Shown here: positions 27,396 through 36,979 of the stretch, piece after piece
Numbering within the stretch: the stretch's first letter is position 1
Layout: each line of letters opens with the position of its first letter
Source: Zancudomyces culisetae HAW-14-8
Taxonomy: Eukaryota > Fungi > Kickxellomycota
Direction: 5' to 3'
DNA length: 64,000 nucleotides
Assembly: GCA_052426225.1 (NCBI GenBank)
Contig: JBNJNM010000009.1
Coordinates: 1,116,001 to 1,180,000, forward strand
Translations under genes and position numbers: made by a program
Notes under the pieces: generated by a model
The model's input: only the letters and a program-made list of their open reading frames with translations
What the model was told of the DNA's origin: nothing
Database searches by the model: none

Positions 27396-28091
27396 CTATT
27401 CTTCTTCATTTGACAGCTCACCGGTAAACACGTTGGTAATTTTGGGGAAAGTAGCTCGCTCGCCAAGCTGTTCTTGTGACCAAAATAATAGCTGTAATAA
27501 GGCAGGAAGACGTGGCTCTTTTGGCTGTGACTGAGAAGACAAAATTGCTGCATTTAATTCCGAAGCTACAGTCTGCCTATGCTTGTAATCTAGCAATGCA
27601 CCTATTTCATCAGGCAGAACTTCAGTTTTATGATCCAAATCACAAGCAAACAGCGACATTGTATTCTCTAATTCCGGAAGAAGTTCAGGAAACTCTTCAC
27701 CCTTTGCAGCCAACTCTTCTTGTGCGAATTGTAGGGCTTCAATCGTTTTGTTTTGCCTGAGCAATTCTATGAGTTGTTGCTGACGCAAATGAAAAAATAT
27801 TCTGGGTTCTGTTTCTAGTAGTTCAGGATTTAGGTCGTTAACCAATTCAATTGCTGCCTCAATGTCACCATTTTGAATATTGTTTCGTATTTTCATTCGT
27901 TCTTCGATAGAGGCCAGGTCGACATTTGTGTTTAATCCTGTTTCCTCACTAAATCTCTCTGCTGCGTCTTTGTAGCCTTCTATAACCAGATAATCCATTA
28001 TCAGCTGATTCATCTCGCCCTTTGTAACTTTACATTGTTGTAATTCCTTTTCCCACTCGGATTTACTTATTTTCAATCTCATGGAATTCAT
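27396..28091 (-). CDS. GID8: GID/CTLH complex subunit Gid8/TWA1 (LisH-CTLH-CRA)
   Basis: MNQLIMDYLVIEGYKDAAERF (LisH), NDLNPELL, FHLRQQQLIELLR, VASELNAAIL. Confidence 0.95.
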   Translation of the reverse strand: MNSMRLKISKSEWEKELQQCKVTKGEMNQLIMDYLVIEGYKDAAERFSEETGLNTNVDLASIEERMKIRNNIQNGDIEAAIELVNDLNPELLETEPRIFFHLRQQQLIELLRQNKTIEALQFAQEELAAKGEEFPELLPELENTMSLFACDLDHKTEVLPDEIGALLDYKHRQTVASELNAAILSSQSQPKEPRLPALLQLLFWSQEQLGERATFPKITNVFTGELSNEEE

Positions 28092-28377
28092 TTTTAGAGT
28101 TGCTTAACTTTTTCCTTTTGTCTTGTTTTTGCAATATTGCGTTTTATTTTAGTTGTTATCGGATTTTAAAGTAGTATTTTTTTTTATAGAATTCTTCTAG
28201 TAATATGCTCTGGTAGGAATATAGAATTATTCAAGACCAAAAATATAAATACTAGATAAAAATACAAAATACTTTCTAGGCCTGCTCATGAACCTTTTAG
28301 TGTTGTTATTTCAGAGTATTTATTTGATGTTATTTTGTGCATTTTTTATTTGATATTTCATAATTAGTTGGATACAT

Positions 28378-28407
28378 TATTTGTATTTGTATTTACAAAT
28401 ACAAATA
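28378..28407. repeat. Perfect short inverted repeat (14-bp arms, 2-nt loop)
   Basis: TATTTGTATTTGTA-TT-TACAAATACAAATA. Confidence 0.8.
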
Positions 28408-29977
28408 GAATGGACACAATCTTGTATTTTTTTGACATCTCCATTGTTCACTCCTCCTTCTTCCTCCCCACCACTTCAACCTCTCCCCCACTATCTTAAA
28501 AAATGTAAATACTATTAAAAAAATGACAATAAAAAAAACAAAACACAAGCGTGAATGTCAATGATGTGAACGTGTATTTGCTATATTTGTACCATTACAG
28601 TCTTTTGGAATCTCTGGAAAAGGTTAACTATATTTTTTTTTTGGTGTTTCACACTTTTATTAATTCAAAGCACTATACACACATCTAGAGAGAGAGAAAA
28701 AAAAAGAGTTGTACATGATCAACTTAAAAAATAATTGTTTAAATAAGTGGAAACTATTATCTTGATGTTCACAAACCAGGTTCCAGACACAGACTGAATA
28801 TTTATTAAATGTGGAACCATCAATCTTGTGTACAGGTGTATATTTAACGAATGGTATAAATGAAAACTAAAAAAAAAAGACAAAGCTAGATAATCTGATG
28901 AAGGTTGCCTTGGGTTGTGGTGATATGTATGAGCCGCTCAAGAACAGATTGGCTCCACACAAAATTAAAAATCAAAAGCATTTCACTCCTCTATCACAGA
29001 GTAAGGACGAGAAAAAAGATGAGAGGTAAGATGAGAAGGATGAGTGGATGTGTATAGCAAATTTACATTGAGATCGTGAATAAAGATAACAAGCATTTGA
29101 TATCTTCAGGCCAAGCGTTTGAAAGTGTGTGAAACTAGTAAATAGATTCATGGTTATTGACGTTTCAACGTCAAAAATAATCGATGGGAACACAAGAGAG
29201 GGTTTTTTGCACTGGGTGATGATAAATACTGTAAAGATAACAAATTCATGCCAAAGTGCGGTTGGTGTGCAAGAATACCAGGAGAGTAGGGTTATTCTGG
29301 AATGTATAATGATCTGAAAGAGTTATCTACCCAAGCAAGTAAATAAACAAGTAACGTGTTGTTATTGCCCCAAATCTACGATGAATTCTTTTTTAAATCA
29401 ACCAAAACAACAACAATAGCAATAACAACAACAAAAAGCTAAAGATTTAGCAAGAAAATAATCAAAATTTATGTACGTACAACAAAGTTTATAGATTTAA
29501 TCGGTTCACATGTGTTAATTTATCCGGGTTTTGGGAGTTATGAAACGAAACAAAGATAATAAAAGCGATATTACGAGAAAAGCCATGTAAAAGAATCCAA
29601 GCCCATTCTGCAAATAGTGGTCCCACAAAAAAAACAAAAACGCAATTAGATAAGAGGTCTGTGGTATCTGTAGAAATTGTCAAAAAAGGGCAAATTACCA
29701 TAACAACCCCCCCACGCCCCCCCTCCAAAACGCAAGAAAAGGAATTAAAACTGTTTGTTTTTGATTCATGGTTTGGTTTTAGATCATAGATTGGTTGAAG
29801 CGCACAAATAAATAAGGAAAAAAAAAAACATATAAATGTAAAACGAGTTTGAGTAGGTAAATCTTGTGTTTGGTCTTGTAGCCATTTTCTTCAGCCCGTC
29901 TTTATATAAACAAAAGGGAAAAAAAAAAAAACTTCGAATACCATTTTAAAGAGATAAAAAAAAATAGTACTTAGAGG

Positions 29978-31702
29978 ATGCAACGTACACCAAGAATAAT
30001 AAAAAAACCAGCCGGAAGTAGGGTATTTACGTTGAAGACAGGTAGTGGTAATGGTAATGGTAATATTGGCTCAGCACAGGTTTTCATAATCAAAAGAGGC
30101 CTTGTTTCGCCAGGTCAAACAACAAGGCAGCAGATAGGACAGAAGGAGCTGAGAAGCTTTTCCGTATTGCTGAATAGGGCGCGGCAGGAAAGAAGCAGTT
30201 GCGGTTATACCACTGGAATACAAGTTGTAAAGAGTAGGTGGTTTGGTACATCACCAGAAAACTTCGTAGAGCCTAAAAGAAAGAGTACAGCAGAGGAACC
30301 ACACAAAGAAAATGTCAGTAGCAGTAGACCTAAGGCTACATTAAAAGGTGCAAGTGTTGAAGTAGTAGAGGTCAGCGGCGAGGGTCATAACCAGCCTGCA
30401 AATAAAAATATACAAGGGAGTGCTAAGTATCAGCTTCCAACGGCGTGGCTAAGAGACAACTGTATGTGTAGTTTATGCGTCCACAGCAGCAACAAACAAA
30501 AATTACACACTACAGGGGAAATATCCAGAGATTTGCAGGTAAAGAGCGTGAAAGTAGAGTACAATAAAGAGATACAGGATTATGAGCTGGAAATCGAGTG
30601 GGTTGGAAGTGGACTAGCACGCCAGCAACAAGTAGTATTGGCAAATGGTAGTAGCCAAGCGAACAGTTTCAGTAAGAATGATACAGGAAATCATGTAAGC
30701 AAGTATGCATTAAATTGGTTAAAGACAAACTTGCCATTTCCTCAAAAATCGTGTGAGATCAGACAGTCACACGAATCATCAGTGGGGAAAGTTTATTGGG
30801 ACAGAAAAATGTATGAAAAGGAGCACGAGTTTGTAGATTATAATGATTACATGTCATCAACAGGAGGATACACAAAGGTGTTGGAAATGCTAGGAAAGTA
30901 TGGCCTGGCATTTATTAAGAACATTCCTGAGAACAGTAGCACTGCTAATGGTAATGATGAAGGGGAGAATCCAAATGTAATTAAAATAGCACAGCGGCTT
31001 GGGCCAATTATGGAGACGTTTTATGGGAAGTACTTTGATGTGCGAAGTGTTCCAAACTCAAAAAACATCGCGTATACGGACCTATATCTGGGGCAACACA
31101 TGGATCTGTGCTATTTTGAAAGTCCGCCAGGTGTACAACTTTTGCATTGTGTGGAAAATACGGTGAGTGGGGGTGAGAATATGTTTGTAGATTCGTACCA
31201 TGTAGCCAAACAATTTGATAAACAGTATCCCAAAGAGTCCAAGATTCTTCAACAAATTCCTGTAACTTTTCACTACAAGCATATTGAGACGGGAGAGTAT
31301 AGATACTTTAAGCATCCAACACTCAAGATGAGCAAAGGTGCGGTAAAAAGTGTATTCTATTCACCACCATTCCAGGGTCCATTGAATCTAGATGCCAGCG
31401 ATTTAGAGGCACCAATATTCCAAGACCCTAAAACAAATTCCCAAGGTGAAATGTCACAGTTGGTCACAGAAAGAATTACTGAATTTTATGATGCATTTTC
31501 AAAATTCGAAAACTTTATTCATAAACCTGAAAATACCTTTATTTGTAAGTTGGAAAAGGGACAATGTGTGCTGTTTGCTAATCGAAGAGCGTTGCATGCT
31601 AGACAGGCCTTTGATGCAACATCAGGTGTACGCCATTATATGGGAACATATGTTCATCTAGACGATTTGGATAGTAAATTAAGAGTGTTTTTTTCCAATT
31701 AA
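29978..31702 (+). CDS. 2-oxoglutarate/Fe(II) dioxygenase, gamma-butyrobetaine dioxygenase/AIM17-like, probably mitochondrial
   Basis: N-terminal zinc motif WLRDNCMCSLC; iron ligands HMD and RALHAR; NIAYT..PPGVQLLHC; basic N-terminus resembling a presequence. Confidence 0.9.
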   Translation: MQRTPRIIKKPAGSRVFTLKTGSGNGNGNIGSAQVFIIKRGLVSPGQTTRQQIGQKELRSFSVLLNRARQERSSCGYTTGIQVVKSRWFGTSPENFVEPKRKSTAEEPHKENVSSSRPKATLKGASVEVVEVSGEGHNQPANKNIQGSAKYQLPTAWLRDNCMCSLCVHSSNKQKLHTTGEISRDLQVKSVKVEYNKEIQDYELEIEWVGSGLARQQQVVLANGSSQANSFSKNDTGNHVSKYALNWLKTNLPFPQKSCEIRQSHESSVGKVYWDRKMYEKEHEFVDYNDYMSSTGGYTKVLEMLGKYGLAFIKNIPENSSTANGNDEGENPNVIKIAQRLGPIMETFYGKYFDVRSVPNSKNIAYTDLYLGQHMDLCYFESPPGVQLLHCVENTVSGGENMFVDSYHVAKQFDKQYPKESKILQQIPVTFHYKHIETGEYRYFKHPTLKMSKGAVKSVFYSPPFQGPLNLDASDLEAPIFQDPKTNSQGEMSQLVTERITEFYDAFSKFENFIHKPENTFICKLEKGQCVLFANRRALHARQAFDATSGVRHYMGTYVHLDDLDSKLRVFFSN

Positions 31703-31734
31703 ACAAAACAAACAAATAAAACAAAACAATAAAT

Positions 31735-32172
31735 CTATTTCTTTTTTGAATTGGATTTTTTTTGCCCTTTACTGGATTTACCACCTTTACCTGAATCATT
31801 GATATTGGACTCAACACGTGATTTTGAGATTATAGTGTTGAGTACAAGATCGGCATTAACTTCAAACATGCTTCTTATACACGTCAATTCTTCCAAATCC
31901 TTGTTGTTTTTGGTGAACAGAGCATTGATAGTTTTGGAGATTGCACCTTTTTTCATATTACCAGGGTATAGTTTAGCTTTGTATTTGTAATTTGCCAACT
32001 GTAAAGTGGAGTAGGGAGCCATTACAGGAATTGCATATAGAATTTGGTTGTTGTCAGATTCAGGGTTTATATTTGGGTTTGGACAAAGCGAGTTTAGGAA
32101 TTCTTGGTTTTCATTGTTTGAAAAAGTTTCAACTGCCGCCACCAATTCCTCATTTTCACCTTGGCCTTCACC

Positions 32173-32207
<35 letters not shown>

Positions 32208-32546
32208 GCTTGGGTTGTTGGGGTTGGGGTTGGGGTTGTTGGGATTGTTCCAAAGGTTTGGCGGATTCTGCATTTAGAGTATCAATTCCATCACTGGTAG
32301 ATTTTTCAGGTTGGTTACGAGAAAGTGAATTGTTAAAGGTCTTTTTAGGCAAAGTGGAAGCGACTGAGGATTTATTTGAATGTTTTGAGGACTTTTTCTG
32401 TTTATTTTCGCCTTTTTTATTTTTACCCAACAATTCCATTTTGATCAAATTACGTTCAACATCATCACTATCATACTCTTGATCATTGTTATGACCACGT
32501 TTTTGTTTAGATGAATATTTTGGATTTTTTTCCTTCTTTTTTTTGG

Positions 32547-32577
<31 letters not shown>

Positions 32578-35212
32578 TTGTTTTTTATTGTCAGTGTTGG
32601 AAGAGGATTGTTTTGATTTCGAACCATTTTTCTTAGAGGTGGACGGTAAGATGGGATGTTCAGATGGGATGTTTAACGAAGCAATATCGGATTGTTTCAA
32701 AAATGAAGGTAATCTTTGGGCTTCGATTTGAGCATTTTCATCAACAGAATCGAGATTGTATTTTTCTCTCAACTCATCATATTGGTCATAAACACTAACA
32801 GATTCATTATCACCTTCAGTAATACTAGAGGAGATAGTTTGTTGTTGATCTAGAACATCTGGTTCGGACTTGTTCGTGGAAATGGGATTCAACAGTTTGA
32901 ATAAAATTCCAAATCCATAGACTAGGTTGGAAGGAGGCAGGTAGTTTTTTTTACCACGAACCATAAAACTGCCGGTAGATAAGTACTCACCAGTAGGAGC
33001 AGTTTTGCTGACTTGATTGGAGTGTACCCAATAGGCTGAAGTAATGATTTTGGATTCCCAGGCCTTGGAGTAACACATGGCCATCGAACCAGCTTGGATC
33101 AAGGTTGAGGGTTTTATAAGATGTGGGGGAGAGGAAGAGGAAGATGAAGAGGCGTTATTTAGAACAATGACCGAGCAAGCACCGTGGACATCGGCATGAA
33201 CATAAACATCGTGGGCTCGCATATATTTCCTAACCAACATTTCGTTTTGCTGCATATCTTTGCCACCCAGAACGAGGTAGCCATCGGAGGAAATAAACCA
33301 ATTGAACTTTTCAAACCACATAATTTTTCTGTTTCGCAACAGTTGTTTCTTTTCGCTGAGAATTGCTTGTTGATTGTGAAGAGATACAGCTCCACTCTTC
33401 TTGTTTCCATAGATTTTGGCTGTTGCTCGTTTGATTGCTTGGTCAGCTGCGCGTTTGGTCTTTTCCTCTTTAATAGCTGCTGCCTTTTTGACTTCATAAT
33501 ATTGCCGTACATTGCCATGAGCAGATAAATTCAAGTCCAAATCTATCACTGTTTTTGTGGTTTCTTGCGAGTTTGTAAAGTTTACTTTAACCACATTTTT
33601 TTTCAGATCCAGGCCTTCAATATCTCGGGCTATAACATGCCCTGCTTTCTTTTGATCCTGCACCAACTCTTCCAGCTCCTCCCAATCAATCTCTGCTGCA
33701 AGAAGCGTGTTGATAAGCGTCAATATCTGATCTGTCTGCTCCAGGTTTTCATTGATAATTTCGGCTTTCATTCCACTGACCCGCTGCAGCTCCACAAGCG
33801 CCTTTATGCGCTGCTCTTGTTCATGCTTTATCGCCCTCAACTTCTTGTCCTTGACATTTGTTTGCGCCCGTTCCCTATTGGTCCTCTTGGACTCTTCAAT
33901 CACTGAATAAAACTTGTCTACAGCTTCGGAAAACGTACCAAACCTTTTAGAGTACATTTTAACCGACCGTTTGAAATTTATTGGCTGGTAATCTGTGTAT
34001 CCAATAACTGTCTTTGTTTTATCGTTTTCGCTACCTTTGTCGCCTGCTGTGTCTTTGTCTTCGTCTCCATCATCTTTGTGGTGGCTATAAACATATCCCT
34101 TTGGATCAACGGTTTTCATCAGCTTTACACTCTCGCGTATGTTATTGAACTCTTGTTCAAGTCGACAAATGGTTGGTGAATCGACTGAACAGTCAAATTC
34201 CGGTGTGATCCGCATACTGGGCTCTAATTCTGCCGCCAATATCGCATGTTCCACCAGTACTGCACCATATCCTCCACCAATTCCTCTAACAAGTAGTTTT
34301 TTTAGGGTTGCACTTTCTTTTGCACTGCTAGTAGTATTCTTTGAAATTTTTTGAGTTGGTGATGGTAGTAAGGCTCTACAAAGTTTTTCTCTACTCACAA
34401 TGCCCAGTTCCTGGCCTTCGTCTTCTTCACCTTCACCTTCTCCCTCTTTTTCTTCTCCAGTATTACCTGTCGACTTTGCTATTTCATACCGTGTTCCCAC
34501 CATATACTCCAAGTCTGTGTCTTTATCTTTATCCTTACTTTCATCAGCTTCTTCGTTATCTTGCCCATTGAGCCTTTTCTTTTTCAAAACTCTCAACAAA
34601 GTAATAATTGTAAATTTGTGGTCTGTAAGAATAACATTTCCTGATGCATAAAACTCCACAATAAGATGCAGTGTGCCTTCTTCTGTATTTCCCGCAGCTA
34701 CTGCAAATTCTACATCAATAACACGATCCAATCCACCCAACTGCCGAACTGCTGTGACTTTTCGTGACCCCAAATGTTTTCGGAGTTTCATACAAAACTG
34801 CGACGGAATTGATATACGTTCATAACTAGTCTCGGTTGTATGCATTCGGATACCCGATTCTATCAACACCATGGCTTTGAAATTGGTCTACATAATATTA
34901 TTAATTTATATTGTGTGTTAATACAAAAAGTATAGATCTATCCGCAATTAGATTAAACTTGACTAGTAAATTACCTTTTGAAACTTTAATAGAAACGTTT
35001 TAGAGTTCACATCATAGATATTTTGCAACCTTGAACCAACAAGCCTATTTTACAAATTTATAAAGCTTATTAACAATGTTAAAAGTTAATAATAATAATA
35101 ATAACAAAAATGAAAATAGAAAAAGAGAAAGAGAGAAAAAGTTAAAAAGTTACTTTGTGTTGAGGTTGCAAGCTATAGCTCTAACATCAATTGCGGTAAA
35201 TCTCGACTTCAT
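31735..35212 (-). CDS. RQC2: Ribosome quality-control factor Rqc2/NEMF, 3 exons
   Basis: MKSRFTAIDVRA / LVGSRLQNIYDVNSKTFLLKF / ESGIRMHTT, LDRVI, WFEKFNWFISSDGYLVLGGKD, VSKTAPTGEYL; C-terminal YKYKAKLYPG. Confidence 0.96.
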
Positions 35213-35478
35213 TATTACAAGTTTTGATTATGAATTTTCAAGAATTTTATAATAATAATAATATTAATATTAATATTAGATGAAATATAGTCAGTTGATT
35301 TGATTTTTTTCTTGTTATATTTTAATTCCAGAATCTGAAAGAAAAAAGAGTGGCGGTGGTTGTGTAGGTTGGGGGTGATGGGAAGTGAAGTGGAGTGAAG
35401 TGGAGGAGATTAGGTGAGAGGATATTGGATATTGGATTTGTAAAATTTTCACAATTTTGTTTCTAATTTGCAGCAAAG

Positions 35479-36652
35479 CGACCAAATGCAGCCTCGATTG
35501 GTCAAAGTTTGGCAAAATTTTATTATGATTATTCAGAGTTGAGCATCATCTAAATCAATTTCAAAGAGTGAATTACAAAGACGTTTAAAGCTCAGCCCAA
35601 CATCATATCTAAAAGTGCATCTATAGTGTCAAGCACGTCTGTGGTATGACAAACACAATAACACAAATAATAAAAAAGCTTGAATAAACAGCCTCAAAGT
35701 TGTTTTATGTTTAGTATCATTATTCTTATGATACCCATAGGCAATCAGGAATAGGATAAAAGAGATGATGGAAAACCGCCGAAAACGAGAGAATGGATCA
35801 TCTCAAGAAACTACCACCCAGTTTCTAAACAACAGTAGTTCCACTTATTCTCAAAAGTAGAATATTATACTTTTATAATTATAGTTAGCCATAATATAAT
35901 AAACCTCATTTCATTACATTTATGGTAACACCACCTAGTTACATATACTAGAGGATAAGGTAGATACAGTCTAGGCACGTATCCATAAATAGTTTGAAGA
36001 CCAAACTAAATAGATACAAACTTATCATTGAAGAGTGTGTAGACAAGTAAGCCCAGAAAAGCCAAGCTTAAGAATCAAACTATCTCTTGGATAATGCGCT
36101 TCGTTTATCTATTTAATCCCGCTAGCTTATGGAACCAAGTGGTTGCCATCATAAACATAATAAATGCTGTTATATTACCTTGAGATTAATTATAATTATA
36201 GTTATAGTTATAAAAATATAATAGTTCTAGTATTAGAAAAACAAGAATAACTACCTCCATTTGCAAAAATAGATTTAGTTTCCTAGAAAAAATTCCGTTC
36301 TCTCGTTTTTGACGGTTCTCTGTATTGTCTTTTGTACTTTTATTATTATTTTTTTAATGGAATATGCGGTACGATAAGAATTGAACTAATATAATGATAA
36401 AAATAATGATAATGATTTTGACAAAATGGCCTTGACTCTGTTTATTCAAAGTGAAATCTCCTTTGTGCTATTCCATTCGTCCTGATATAGACGTGCTTTA
36501 CATTATAGATGACTTTTTTATGTTTTGGCGCTGGTTGAACTTGAAGGGTCTTTTTGTACTCATTCTCTTTTCGTGATCTAAATAATATTGAGCTTCTTTA
36601 AAGAATCGCAAAGCTTTTGCTAAAATTCGACCAATCGAGGCTACAATGGTCA
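35479..36652. repeat. Diverged long inverted repeat (palindrome), arms about 35479-35997 and 36075-36652, spacer about 77 bp
   Basis: Collinear shared blocks between the left arm and the reverse complement of the right arm: AGCCTCGATTGGTC; CATCTATA.TGT.AAGCACGTCT; TTGAATAAACAG; ATTCTTAT..TACC; AACCG.C.AAAACGAGAGAA.GGA; TATTATA.TTTTATAA.TATA; ACCAC.T.GTT.CATA; ATAGTTTGA. Confidence 0.88.
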
Positions 36653-36979
36653 TTTATACTGTATTATTGACATTTAAATCAAAAATGTACCTTGGAAAAA
36701 ATATTAAAAAAAGTACAAGTACAAGTCCAAGTCCAGAGTAAATTAATTTATTAATATTAAACAGAAAAAAAAAACTTTTCAAAGGTATATTTACAAAAAA
36801 AATTTGAACTTTTAAAAAAGTGAAAAAAGAAAGAAATAAAACATCAAAAAAAGAAAAATAAAAAGAAAAATAAAGAGAAAAACAAGAAAGAAATAAACGA
36901 CAGGGGATTAATAACTGAAATATACACGAAAAAGAGAGAGTATAAGAGAGGTAAAAAAAAAAACATAAAGATATTACAA

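Noticed and set aside
29216-29317. GTGATGA...CTGA pair resembling a C/D snoRNA
   Set aside because: No terminal stem or recognisable rRNA guide; needs snoscan/Infernal
35630-35790. CACGT and CCGAAAA words resembling budding-yeast CDEI/CDEIII
   Set aside because: Poor match to RTCACRTG, CCGAA is not conserved in the other arm, and point centromeres are not expected in this lineage
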